Positions 1-11,401 of a stretch of 56,509 nucleotides of DNA are shown one piece after another (positions within the stretch are counted from its first letter, which is position 1; each line of letters begins with the position of its first letter). Origin of the DNA: a virus (taxonomy: Duplodnaviria > Caudoviricetes); the IMG/VR virus record IMGVR_UViG_3300046804_003014, positions 1 through 56,509 of that record; one strand, given 5' to 3'. A program made the position numbers and the translations under genes. The notes beneath the pieces were generated by a model that saw nothing but the letters and a program-made list of their open reading frames with translations, was not told where the DNA came from and searched no databases.

Positions 1-3000
1 GTTCTACACTCAACATAATCTGCTAGTTTTTTATTCTTTAATTTTAAGAATTTTGATTTATTATCAACAACATCAACATCTAAAGTTAAATCATAGTTAT
101 TAATTGTATCTACTCTCTTTTCTTCTAAAATATCAAAAATACTTATACTATCAATTGTTGATGATCCGGCAGAAACATTGGAAGTAGATAATACCTCAGT
201 ATCGGCAAAATTCTTAAGACCACTGGTATGTAACAAGCGGTTCACTGGATTAATTAAAGTTTCAAATTCAATTGGACTCTTTACCGTATATGACAATGAT
301 TGATAATAGTCATTATCTGGAAGAACTTGGTAATCTTCATCTAATTTTCCAATATTGTCTGACCAACCATAATCTTGTCTTAGTGAATAGTTGACGTTAA
401 ATCTTCCATAGTTGTCAACTATGTCATTAATTGTAGCAATAGACCCACTTACAGAACCCTTGATAGTTTCATTGAAGTGTAATTTATAAGTACCATAAAC
501 TTTAATGTAATCACTTCCACTTTCAGTTACGGAAAGATCTACGCTTACAAATTGACCATTTGAGAGTACGAGTAAGTTTTCTCCTACTTGGAAGAGAGAA
601 GACTCCTGTGTAACTCTGAATCTTGGATAATCTGAATATTTAACTATAGAAGCATATGAATTTTGCGATGTCTTAGCAATGCCTGGATTTGTACTCAATC
701 CAGACAAATTAAACTCAACTTCTGCTGGGTTTGTATTTCTATAATCAGTTACAGTAAAGAATTGATAATCATAATTTGCCGAATTAAATCCATCACCAGA
801 AGTGTTATACTTTTGAATACCTTCAACAAAAATTTTCTCACCAACATTAAACGCTGATGTACTAAATCCAGAAATAGGTGTGACTAAAACGCAAGTTACA
901 ATTCCACTTGAAGATGAATATACAGTTCTAACTGTAACTCCATTACTGTTGTTGATAGCAACAATAGACTGTTCAGTTGCACCAAGTCCTTTTGGGGATT
1001 CAATGATGTTAACATCCGTAATTGATGTTCCATTTAGAGTTGCTTGTAATATTCCTGTGGTTACTTGATCTCCAGTCTCTGGATTGACAATGATAAGATC
1101 TGGAGCGGATGTATAATTTCTACCACCATAAGAAACTTCAACATTAGTGATTGTGTCCGAATTAATTAAAGACACTACAGGAGATACAAATGCTTCTGGT
1201 CTTAGAGTCTTGTCAGATGAATATTCAAATCCAGGATCTATAATTCTAACACTATCAATTCTGTTAATATTTCTAGATTGTGGTAAAATTTTAGCGTTAA
1301 GACCTTGAGTGGAAGCAATACTTACAAAAGTTGGAAGTTTCTTATATCCAAACCCACCAAATGTAATTTGGAATTTATCAACTCCACCTCTAGCGGTGGT
1401 TGAATTTGTCGAATATTCTAATACATCAGTATTGGAGGGAGTGTATGATAAAGACTCTGGTATTTCTTTTAATGAAAGATTAAATGATGTTGTGCCAACA
1501 CCAAATACTTGATAAGTTCCATTATACTTACTATCAACATAAGTAATTTTGGAATAATTTGATACATCAGTATCAGATGTACTAATAAATCCAGATCTCT
1601 CAATGTTATAGAACAAGTTAGATGGATTATCTAAAGAATAATTTAAGGTCAGAGAAGCATTTGTAGAAACACCTATTGTTCCCACACCACTAATGATAAA
1701 TGAATCTGTACTTCCTGTAGAAACAAATTCATTCTTAAACTCTGAGTCGTAGAATAATTTAAACTTACTACCTGCCAGTGAAGGATCTGTGAGATCAAAA
1801 ACTAAATTATTATTTTTTGTTACAAATAGTTCTGGATTAATCAATGATAATTGGTGATTGGATCCACCTGTTGAACCTAAACTTACAACTGTTGGTGGAT
1901 AGTTTATCGCATCATAATAAGTTTGAGTTAACTGAATATTGTTGTCATCTATTCTATAGACGAAATATTCACCAGTACCCAAACCACTGGAGATTAAGTT
2001 TGAATCATAAAATACTTTATCACCAGTTTTTAATCTATGTGAGTTGATTGTAATTTTATTATTGGTTAAATCAACAGATGATGAAGAAAATCCTACAGGA
2101 TTAATCAGAATTTTATTTCTAGAAGAACTATACTTGACTATTACTGATGCTGACGTTCCAACACCAACAGACCCATTTGGATTTACGCTTAATCTAATTG
2201 AATCACCATTTACTAAAGAATGTGCAGTTGAAACAGAAACTCTAGTATTAATCTTTTGAAGAGTTCCAGTTACTTGAGTATCATTTGAATCAAGTAAGTA
2301 ATCAAACTCATTAGATCCATTATTTACAAAGAATAGACCATTTGTACTAGTAGTAAGTCCAACTTGAGTTACAATTCCAATATAATCTCTTGATTTATTG
2401 ATTATGTAAACTGTTTGACTATTTCCACTACTTGGTAGATTAAATTTTACCCCACCAGAAGAATTAGATACTGTTAGAGCAAGTCCAACTGATGGTTTGG
2501 TAAATGTAACCGCTTGATTTGTTCTAAATGGATGATTAGGTAAATATATGCTTTGTGATGGTATTGAAACCACCTCAAGTAACTCACCCTTAGTATAATT
2601 TACAGAAGTTCCAATTCCAACAACTGTACCAACACCAACTGTTTCTTTTGGATTGAAATAGTATCTGTCATCTACTTTAGATTCAAAATAATCAGATTTT
2701 ACTGGTAGTGTTAAGTAACTTGGAATTAAATCCACATACGTTGATGCGGTATGAGCAGATCCAGATACTCCTCTCTTAACTCTTAAGATATTTTTATCAG
2801 TAAACTTGTTAAGAACAAAGAGTCTTTCAGTTCCTATTCCAATGCTACTGCCAATAGAAATAGAACTTGGAATGTTGGATAAGTAAATATCAGTTACAAC
2901 ACCAGCAGTGGCATTAGAAGATATTTCTTTATAAACTACTGTTCTGACAGTATTGACGCCGATAATATGAGAACCTGTTAAAGATTTTATTGATGTTGAA

Positions 3001-6000
3001 AGTCCAGATATTACAACCCCATCACCACTTAGTAAAGAGTGTGATGTTGAGATATAGGCAGAAACTTGATTTGGATTATCCCAAATAAAGATTACATTAT
3101 TATATCCCTCAACAGTTGTTTGAATGCTAGTAATATCTTTGCCAGTCAAACTGCTAACATAAGCACTTAAACCGCCACCATTTGTTCCTGTATTATCAAA
3201 CTCAACAGAATCACCTATTTTATAATTACTACCAGATTCAACAATTTGGAATGATTCAACAGATCCCTTAGTTACAGAATCAACAATTGCTGTTTGATCA
3301 ACATATTCATTTGATTCAATAATAAAATCATTATCGGCATATGTATCCGATACTTTATATGGGAAAGTATTTCTGATTAGATTTGAACTGTTAAAATCAA
3401 ATGTACTCTGATCAATGATAAAATTCTCATTTATTGGATTTGATCTGTAAGTATTTCCTATGAAATAAGGATACTTAGGATCTAAAGTACCAGTTGATGT
3501 ATTTGTGCTTATTCCAGCAAAATACGCATAGACTCCATCTGGATATTCTGGTGTTTTACAATATCTACCATTATTTTCATCAAGATCACCAGAATCTGTG
3601 AATGAATAATCCTCAACAAAAAATCCTACAGCAAAAGCAGAAGGTCTATCAACTACATTAGATGAACTAGAGGAATAACCAGTTTGTAGTAGTCTTATAC
3701 CAGAATTTTCATCAGATGGATTACTATATCCATATGGCCCATAAATTGGATTACCATCATATGCCCATCCAATAATTGGTGAATGATCTAATCCACTATC
3801 ACCAAAATAATTTTTACCGATATTTGTAGAATATCCGACAAAAGAATATTCTAGTTGATCATTATATTGAACTAATTTTTCAAATCCATATCTGGCAAAA
3901 TTATTAATTGATAATCCTCTAATTTTTGGTTCAATGATTGCTCCAGATCCAGGTGCTGTTACCTTAATTGTAGTTTTGTCTGATGTGTAATTGACCCCAG
4001 AATTAAGAACGATAACTTGTGAAATATACCCATTTTGTACAATTGCTCTTAACTTTGCACCAATACCATCACCTTGTACTTCTAAATCTGGAGCAGCGTT
4101 ATATTCAGATCCCCTACTTTGAATTTCAACAGAAACAATTCTGCCATTATTGATGATTGGTTTTAATTGACCATTCTTACCATTTTTAATGGTTACAGTT
4201 GGTTTCTTTTGAAGATTTAAGATATCGGATCCATATCCAGATCCACCCTCATAAACATAAGCATCAATGATTGATCCACGTACAATTGGTGTTGCTGTTA
4301 TGACTCCAGAGGTTCCAGAATACTCAACATTAATATTAACTTGAATTGGAGGATATTCAAAATTATGATATCCAGATCCAATAGATGCTAACTTAATATA
4401 ATTTTTACGAGTATAATTGGAAGTTATAGTTCCACCAACTCCAGCATTTGCCAGTCTAAATGCGTTATCATTTAATTTAATGACGTAATATTGATTTGCT
4501 GTAGAAAGACCTGATATTGTTGTTCCTGTGCTAGAATATACAACTTTTTCACCATCACCAAATCCATGATTAGTGAAATTAATAGATGAATCTATTGTAG
4601 ATATTCCTACAGGTTTTACAATTAGTTTTCTATTTCCATATCCACTTCCTGGATTGATTACCTTAACCGATTGTAAAGTATTTTTATCATCATAAATTCT
4701 AAATTTATGAACACCGACATTACTTGCTGTTGTAAATCCTACTGTATTAATTCCAACATAATAATCTGAGAAAGTCTGATGTAATTTTATAGTTGTTGGA
4801 TTTACAACTTTTGCATAATATACTGACCCACTTTGTAGAGTTTTATTTTGATCAGTGTTCAATCCAGCAAATGTGCCAATACTTACTGGATTATTTCCAT
4901 TTTTGTTGTATACAATTGCCTGACCATTTGATAAATTATGATTATTAATAAATGTTATGGTTTCATTGGTAACATCTATTCCACCAGACTCTGTATTGAG
5001 TCTGGCATCAAAAGACAATTCTCTATATCTTTTTCCGATGATTGGTTGTAATATTGATCCACTACCATTTCCACCGGTTACAGTTATTGAAACTACATTA
5101 TTAATATCAAAATCTTGTGGATCAACATAAACTGCTGTTATGATACCACTAATAACTGGACGAACTAAACAAGTTGTTCCAGATCCTGGATTTGAAATTT
5201 GAATAGTAGGTGGATTAATTACGTCGTAATTTGATCCGTTATTTAATATTTCTACATTTTCTATTGAACCGTAATAAATTTTATCATTAGACTTATAGTT
5301 TGTAATTTCAACACCATTAATTAACATTCCAACTGTTCCAGGAACAGTTTCTATTCCGTATCCAGATTCAATATTTGGATTTAGTGCGAATTTCTTAAGT
5401 GACTTTTGTGGTCCTATCTTTTTGCCGCTGTTTTCTAATAATGTAAAAGTATGACTACCAGTTCCGGATGAAAGTGGTTCAAACTCAACATAGTCATCAA
5501 TGGGTATGAAAGATCTTGATGAATAAAGTCTAATTTGGTTTTTATTTGTTAAGACCTTCACATAATAAATTCCAGATGAAAGTCCCGTAATAGCAGTCGT
5601 CTGTGGAGAATAATAAACAGCATCACCAGTAATAAAAGGAACATCAGTATCAAAAGATAAAATTGAATACTTTAAAGTTGATGGATTATATCCTTGGATA
5701 CGTGATCCTGTTGCTTCAGTTAAAGTGGCTTTAGAAATATTTTTAGTTATTTCATACGATGGTAAAGAGTTAGAAGCAACATAAAAATATTGATCAGAAT
5801 CATTATAAACATTCTGAATATCTGATGTGATTACATTGTTTCCATAAACAATTTCTGCGCCAGAACTACTAGCTTTATTTAAATTTCTTCTGATATCATA
5901 AGAAAGACCAACTACAGGTGTAAATCCTGCTAAGTTGTCAAGTAAAATTTCTCTTGTTAGTGTATTAATATTTTTTACTGTGGCACCACTAACTACAACG

Positions 6001-6082
6001 TTTTGAGTTCCTCTTACTAAAACATCTACACTATCAGTTTCTTTTAAACTTGACTTATCAATTTCAGAGTATAGAGTGAAAG
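1..6082 (-). CDS. Large baseplate wedge initiator (gp7-like) structural protein, C-terminal ~2,020 codons; continuation of 6044..7456 after a 1-nt frameshift; runs off the window edge
   Basis: The frame beginning FTLYSEIDKSSLKETDSVDVLVRG at 6080 is the same frame as KRVDTINNYDLTLDVDVVDNKSKFLKLKNKKLADYVECR at 119..3. The ORF track lists no minus-strand ORF here, consistent with no in-window stop. Lies downstream of gp25-gp6. Confidence 0.8.
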
Positions 6083-7456
6083 AGATCCAGAAATTTCTCT
6101 AATTTGATATCTTGATGATGTATTATAAATCCAAGAGTTTGAAAAAATTTGTTTTTTATTTTTATCTTCTTCTGGATTTAGAATTTTTTCACCAAGATTT
6201 TTGACAAAAATTCTTTCTCCTTCTGAAGATAATTTGATGTCTGATGTTGGGACAAATTCAGATAGAACTCCAGTAATTCTAAGTTCTACTTTTTTGGTTA
6301 AATCGCCATTTTCATACCCATAAACAGTTTCATCAGATCTTAAATCCGACGTTGAATTGATAGCAGAAGTTACACCACTACAGTTCAAAAACTGGTTGAT
6401 TGTTTTATCAGTATATGTAATATTATTGCCACTAGAAATAACACTACCTGATGTGCTAAATCCAATTGTTGAGTCAACTGTAATCACAGAAGCTCCAACA
6501 GAAACATTTCCTATAACTTTTGTTTTACCAGGAATAGTAAATGTGCCTTCAATTAAATCCTTTTCATCAAATCCAACAAATAATCCTAGTTTGTAATATG
6601 TTTTTCCTCTTCTACTGACAATTTCAACTTCAGATACAGAAGCTTGAGTATTGACATCAGTAGACTTTCTAATTGTCTGTCCAACAAGATTGTTTGGATC
6701 ACCAGAGATTCTTTCTGCAAGTACAATTTCTCTTCTAATAAATTGAGCAGAAGATGGCTTTAAAATATATTGCTCAAGATCAATTACTTTTGGAGTAACT
6801 CCATATAAAACATTAAAAAGAATTCTAAAAGATTCTTCCGTTCCTTTTGACTGATAGAATGATTTAGATTCTTTAATAAAATTACTTACGTCTAAATTAG
6901 AAACAAAATCAACATTTTCTAATCCAGGAGTTAGGGTATATTTAATTTTTTTGTAAAATTCTTTTAGGAATAAAGAACTTAAATTATAAACAATTTTTCC
7001 AGAAGTGTGAGATGCTGCGGAAGAAGTTGAAAATACAAGCTCTCCAGGAGAGTTGTCAGCATGATAGGATGTAATTCCACTAAACCCACGAACACATCCA
7101 GTAAAAGTATTAGTTGTTATTCCAGTGTAAGTAATGATTTCATCGTCAATCTTAAAAAGACCATACTGATTTGGAAATCCCTTGGTACTTGTTACATTAA
7201 CAGTTGAACTAGTAGAGGTGATACTTTCAGACAAAAAAGTCTGACCAGTAATTACTTCTGGTGTTAAGTTATCTAATTTCAGATACTGGTCTAAGTTATC
7301 TACAATATCAACTGTTCCACCAGAAAATTCTTGTGAAATATAATACTGCTTTAAAAATTCTGATGCCTTTGGACTTTCTGATAAAATATATTCTGGAAGT
7401 TGATTTTCAACAATCTGTTGTATCTGTACTCTTGTTTCAAACCCTGTTGCTATCAT
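6044..7456 (-). CDS. Baseplate wedge initiator (gp7-like), N-terminal portion truncated by frameshift
   Basis: QLPEYI..FLKQYY and FYQSKGTEESFRILFNVLYG motifs typical of T4-like wedge proteins; directly follows gp6. Confidence 0.75.
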   Translation of the reverse strand: MIATGFETRVQIQQIVENQLPEYILSESPKASEFLKQYYISQEFSGGTVDIVDNLDQYLKLDNLTPEVITGQTFLSESITSTSSTVNVTSTKGFPNQYGLFKIDDEIITYTGITTNTFTGCVRGFSGITSYHADNSPGELVFSTSSAASHTSGKIVYNLSSLFLKEFYKKIKYTLTPGLENVDFVSNLDVSNFIKESKSFYQSKGTEESFRILFNVLYGVTPKVIDLEQYILKPSSAQFIRREIVLAERISGDPNNLVGQTIRKSTDVNTQASVSEVEIVSRRGKTYYKLGLFVGFDEKDLIEGTFTIPGKTKVIGNVSVGASVITVDSTIGFSTSGSVISSGNNITYTDKTINQFLNCSGVTSAINSTSDLRSDETVYGYENGDLTKKVELRITGVLSEFVPTSDIKLSSEGERIFVKNLGEKILNPEEDKNKKQIFSNSWIYNTSSRYQIREISGSLSLYTLKLISQV

Positions 7457-7457
7457 C

Positions 7458-9365
7458 TTATATCCTCTTTAGTTCTCCGTTTAGATAGTTTGAAGTTACC
7501 TTAAATCCAATGCCAGATATTTGCTCTCCAGAAGAAATTGTATCCTTAACCATATTTATGGTACTATCTGCAACACTAAAACTCAAATATAAATCCTTAA
7601 GTCCAATAACATCATTAGATTCTGGGTATGCTTGAACTTGAATAATATTATTTGCCATATCTGTGGCAGTTATATTAATTGTTGTTAAAAGTATTTCTCC
7701 AGTTGTGTAGTTTACTGTTCCAGCAGACTTAATGACAACAGTATTATCAATACCATTTGGATTTGGTTTAACAATTGAAATATCCCCCATACCACTACCA
7801 TCAAGATTTCCGTTCACATCTTTTTTAGGAACATCTGTCAGATATACTATATCCGCTTCTCCAGAAATTCTAAATCCAGTACTCTTGATATTAAATCCTT
7901 TTGAATTGATATGAAACTGGTTTCCAAAGCAAAGTTCATATTGGGCAAAATCATTTACGGCAGCTTTTAGATTTCTTCTAATAACGACTCTAGTAATATT
8001 AGAAGTAATCGCAGTATCAACATCATCAATAATTCTAACTAACTTACTATACTTAAATCTACCACCAAACTTATTGACATCTGTTGAAGAAGCATAAGTT
8101 GTAAGAGCATTTACCACTCTAGTCTTAAGATCGTTCACATTAGAAACTTTAGGAGAATCATAGTAAACCGCAGAGTCTATCTCCACATAAAGAACCTTAA
8201 GGTCAATAATTGACTGATTGATACCTGTTAGAGAATAGTTCTTAAGTTTGTTTAAGATCTGCTGCTTATCAAAGTCGGAAACATAATCACCATTCTTTGG
8301 TTTAATGCTAATCAAAACCGTTCCAAATTGAGGTGGATCTAATTCTTCTCCACCAACAACTGAAACTGATTCTGTATTTGGATAAATCTTTTGAATGATG
8401 GACTCATAATCTCTTCCTGTAACCGCTCTATACTGCGATGAATAAAGACGAGGAGCAAAGTATTTGATAGAATCAATACTCTCAATCTCTCCACCATTAG
8501 AAGACGATGCTGTAGTGATAACTGAAACTGTTGATGAAGGAGTTACAATCTCATCAGATGATCCTCTTAGAGAACCAGAGAATGAAAACAGAGAAGCACC
8601 ATTACCATCTTTACCATCAGTAACAATATAAGTTACAGTAATGACTGTTCCGTTTTCTAACTTTTTACCAAAGATACCATCACCAAATAGAAGTTCATAT
8701 TTTTCGTCTTTGATTTCTTGAATCAAATAAGTTTCCGATGAACTTTGAACATTTAAAATATTATCAACCAGTGTATACTCTCTTCCTAGTCCAGTATCAG
8801 AAATACCTTTGACATAAACAACGATTGTAGAGGTATCAATGTAAGGATTATCAAGAATAAATCTTTGATCTAATGATCCATCTACCACAAACTGATTGCG
8901 AAGAAATGTTCCTTGATAGATGTTAATGTCTGAAAATGATGCAACACCATTTGTTACTGTGGTGGTGATATTTTCAGGAACTGAGAATGTATAGGTTGTG
9001 TCATCAACACCACCAACGCATACTAATCCCGCCTGTAGAGTCAGTGTTGGACTTGTTGTGGTAGTTGGCACATTAAAAGATACGACTGCCTTAGAGGCGG
9101 TTCTAGAGCGTGGTACGTATCCAATATTTCTTGCTAATGAAACAACATTTTCTCTCAAGGTTGCCGAGTCTAAAAAAGACTCATTCACAACCATGTTAGA
9201 GTTAAATGCGGTGATATATGTATTATACGCTAACGTGTCAATCAGTACAGAGAAGTTTGACCCTTCAAAGTCAAAGTCTGTGAAGTTTGAATTCGCACGA
9301 AGATAGTCCTTGATTGAGGTCTTGATCTGATCAAAGTCTAAATTAGTAAACTGTGTAAAAGGCAT
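7458..9365 (-). CDS. gp6: Baseplate wedge subunit gp6
   Basis: LDFDQIK..FTDFDFEGSN..ESFLDSATLRENVVSLARNIGY, YELLFGDG and QYRAVTGRDY motifs. Confidence 0.93.
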   Translation of the reverse strand: MPFTQFTNLDFDQIKTSIKDYLRANSNFTDFDFEGSNFSVLIDTLAYNTYITAFNSNMVVNESFLDSATLRENVVSLARNIGYVPRSRTASKAVVSFNVPTTTTSPTLTLQAGLVCVGGVDDTTYTFSVPENITTTVTNGVASFSDINIYQGTFLRNQFVVDGSLDQRFILDNPYIDTSTIVVYVKGISDTGLGREYTLVDNILNVQSSSETYLIQEIKDEKYELLFGDGIFGKKLENGTVITVTYIVTDGKDGNGASLFSFSGSLRGSSDEIVTPSSTVSVITTASSSNGGEIESIDSIKYFAPRLYSSQYRAVTGRDYESIIQKIYPNTESVSVVGGEELDPPQFGTVLISIKPKNGDYVSDFDKQQILNKLKNYSLTGINQSIIDLKVLYVEIDSAVYYDSPKVSNVNDLKTRVVNALTTYASSTDVNKFGGRFKYSKLVRIIDDVDTAITSNITRVVIRRNLKAAVNDFAQYELCFGNQFHINSKGFNIKSTGFRISGEADIVYLTDVPKKDVNGNLDGSGMGDISIVKPNPNGIDNTVVIKSAGTVNYTTGEILLTTINITATDMANNIIQVQAYPESNDVIGLKDLYLSFSVADSTINMVKDTISSGEQISGIGFKVTSNYLNGELKRI

Positions 9366-9366
9366 T

Positions 9367-9768
9367 TTATCTTGTTGCCTCTAAGATAAATGTAAATTCT
9401 TGAGTCGGGAAGTCCTGTCCAATAATATCAAAGAAGATCGTTGCTTCAAATTCGTTTGTATCTGGTCTAGGATTCACCTCAACATTTACATTATTAATTC
9501 TTGGTTCAAAGTTTTGTAGTGCCAGTTCAATTTGTCTTTGAATGATTGAGGCAGTACCAAAATCAACAAACTCAAAAAGACTACTACGTACATCAGATCC
9601 AAAATTTGGATTAAAAAACTTTTCTGTAGGAATCGTTTCTACAATATTTCTGACCGATCTTTTGATCGCATTCTCATTTTTTAATATTGGTAAATCCTTT
9701 GTGACCGGATGAGGTTCAAAGGATAAACTAATATCTTTAAATGATCTAGATATCCTTTGTATTGCCAT
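9367..9768 (-). CDS. gp25: Baseplate wedge subunit gp25
   Basis: FKDISLSF..HP, AIKRSVRNIV, EKFFNPNFGS and FEPRI motifs; adjacent to gp6. Confidence 0.93.
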   Translation of the reverse strand: MAIQRISRSFKDISLSFEPHPVTKDLPILKNENAIKRSVRNIVETIPTEKFFNPNFGSDVRSSLFEFVDFGTASIIQRQIELALQNFEPRINNVNVEVNPRPDTNEFEATIFFDIIGQDFPTQEFTFILEATR

Positions 9769-9788
9769 CGGACAAAAGTTTCTTGCTT

Positions 9789-9796
9789 TATTTATA
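9789..9796 (-). promoter_or_regulatory. T4-type late promoter TATAAATA for the gp25-gp6-gp7 operon
   Basis: Exact TATAAATA 20 nt upstream of the gp25 ATG. TAAATA cores also precede the genes starting at 10451, 19900, 35311, 36402, 40490, 45792, 46130, 46477, 48236 and 52143. Confidence 0.85.
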
Positions 9797-9798
9797 TC

Positions 9799-10041
9799 CT
9801 ATTTCCAAGGAGAACCATAGGTTGGTTCAGTACCATAACTCCAATCATCATAGTCTTCATCATTACGAATCTTTTCGTGAAGTTCAGTTTGTTTTCTTAA
9901 ATCATGTTTTGGTGCAGAATCATGCATCACTTCTTGAATGATTCTTTGTGGTGGTGTTGATTCATAATCTGTGATGAGTTTTGTGGTCCCCCACATTTCT
10001 CTCATGTAATTTTGATCTCTATCTACGGGTAAATTAGACAT
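9799..10041 (-). CDS. Hypothetical phage protein
   Basis: 80 aa ORF with AGGAG RBS and an upstream TAAATA. Confidence 0.75.
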   Translation of the reverse strand: MSNLPVDRDQNYMREMWGTTKLITDYESTPPQRIIQEVMHDSAPKHDLRKQTELHEKIRNDEDYDDWSYGTEPTYGSPWK

Positions 10042-10109
10042 TTTAGCTCCTGTTTTAACTGAATAAAACAGAACTTTTATAAAGGAGGTTGCTATCTCCT
10101 TATTACTAT

Positions 10110-10451
10110 TTAACGATCAACTTCACGCAACGAATAAGAGTATGAATTGAGGTATTTTAGAATTTCTAAGGCGATCAAACGTGGATTTCCTTCACCACAT
10201 GTGTATACATCAACTGCCAAACATCCATTTTCTGGCCAAGTATGACAGGAAACATGACTTTCAGAGAGGGCAATTACGACCGTACACCCTTGTGGAAGAA
10301 AACAGTGTGAAAATGTATTCAAAATTGTCATCTTCGCACGTTCAATGCCCTTAATCATGACGCTCTGTAGAGATTCTACGTCATTAATCAGGTCAAAATC
10401 CACATTATACACCTCTAGGAGCAGGTGTTTACCCATTGAAAACTGTTCCAA
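10110..10451 (-). CDS. speD: S-adenosylmethionine decarboxylase proenzyme family (pyruvoyl-dependent)
   Basis: GKHLLLE, PQGCT..LSESHVSCHTWPE (ES|H self-cleavage site) and AVDVYTCG motifs. Confidence 0.92.
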   Translation of the reverse strand: MEQFSMGKHLLLEVYNVDFDLINDVESLQSVMIKGIERAKMTILNTFSHCFLPQGCTVVIALSESHVSCHTWPENGCLAVDVYTCGEGNPRLIALEILKYLNSYSYSLREVDR

Positions 10452-10476
10452 CTCAATTTTTTAGCAAAAAATGTAT

Positions 10477-11079
10477 TTATTTGATCCAAAAACCTCTTCT
10501 ATGGAAGTCCGAATCTTGAACATACTCATAATTTTCAAAATTTTCTTGATTATTTTCTTCCCAATTTGGTATTGCGATTGTATTCCCATAGCGAAAGTCT
10601 GGATTTTGGCGAAAATGAACTTCAATTAACTGATTTCCAATGAATTCGCAGTTAATCCATTCATAGTTTCCATGTAATTGATCCAAAATCTTCGGAAATT
10701 TAACATCTCTATCAACTTTTTCCCATTTATCCCACTTATAAAGAGGATTTTCTGATTTTCTTGTTCCTAAGATGACTAGTTCTGCTTGTTGGTGATGAAA
10801 ATCTACGCTTAGATGTTCTCCTTCAAAGATCTCACACCAGAATTCAGAGGGATGTATGTCATCTGTTTGCTTTTCAATCCATTCTTTACGAGCAAAGCGA
10901 CTCATTCCAAACAAATTAAACGAGGGGCGGACAATATAAAAGTCGGGATTAGGTACTGTAGTTCCCGCAGGACCACAAGCATAACCTAAAACCCGACTTA
11001 AAAAGAGTTTGTTATAAACCCAGAGGTCCGATGGATGTATTTGATTCCATTCATCGTCACACTCTAGGAAATACATCAA
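10477..11079 (-). CDS. Hypothetical protein with ATP-grasp-like motif spacing
   Basis: YIVRP..NLFGM, FWCEIFEGEHLSVDF and INCEFIGNQLIEVHFR resemble ATP-grasp motifs KP..G.G, E.i.G.e.sv and ef...iEvNxR. Confidence 0.5.
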   Translation of the reverse strand: MMYFLECDDEWNQIHPSDLWVYNKLFLSRVLGYACGPAGTTVPNPDFYIVRPSFNLFGMSRFARKEWIEKQTDDIHPSEFWCEIFEGEHLSVDFHHQQAELVILGTRKSENPLYKWDKWEKVDRDVKFPKILDQLHGNYEWINCEFIGNQLIEVHFRQNPDFRYGNTIAIPNWEENNQENFENYEYVQDSDFHRRGFWIK

Positions 11080-11231
11080 CCTTTACCCTGACCCCTATAC
11101 TTCTTACGAGCCCCGTTACGAGAAGAAGCGGCATACTTCGTTCCCATACCAGCTCCTTGACGAGACTTTTTGGGCGGACCAGGAATATAAGAGCTATTTT
11201 TATTCAGACCACCTTTTGCTTTTGCTGCCAT
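11076..11231 (-). CDS. Small Lys/Gly/Arg-rich basic protein (51 aa, not in ORF track)
   Basis: Read directly: MAAKAKGGLNKNSSYIPGPPKKSRQGAGMGTKYAASSRNGARKKYRGQGKG*; its stop overlaps the next start. Confidence 0.75.
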   Translation of the reverse strand: MAAKAKGGLNKNSSYIPGPPKKSRQGAGMGTKYAASSRNGARKKYRGQGKG

Positions 11232-11401
11232 ACGTTGTTATTCTCCAATAAAATTTCAGTTTCAAGATCTTCAGGTCGTGGAGTACCTGTCTGATAATAT
11301 TCTATCGACAGATCCTCCATGACATTGAAATATTCTTCTTCTGTAAGACTTGAATAGATTCTTCTCCCCTTACAGAGAATATTATAGAGTTCGTTAGCCA
11401 T
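11204..11401 (-). CDS. Hypothetical protein (65 aa)
   Basis: MANELYNILCKG...; ATG overlaps the TGA of the upstream glycosyltransferase. Confidence 0.7.
   Translation of the reverse strand: MANELYNILCKGRRIYSSLTEEEYFNVMEDLSIEYYQTGTPRPEDLETEILLENNNVWQQKQKVV

Noticed and set aside
6046-6100. Programmed -1 ribosomal frameshift
   Set aside because: No in-frame slippery heptamer in the permitted window; an indel is more parsimonious
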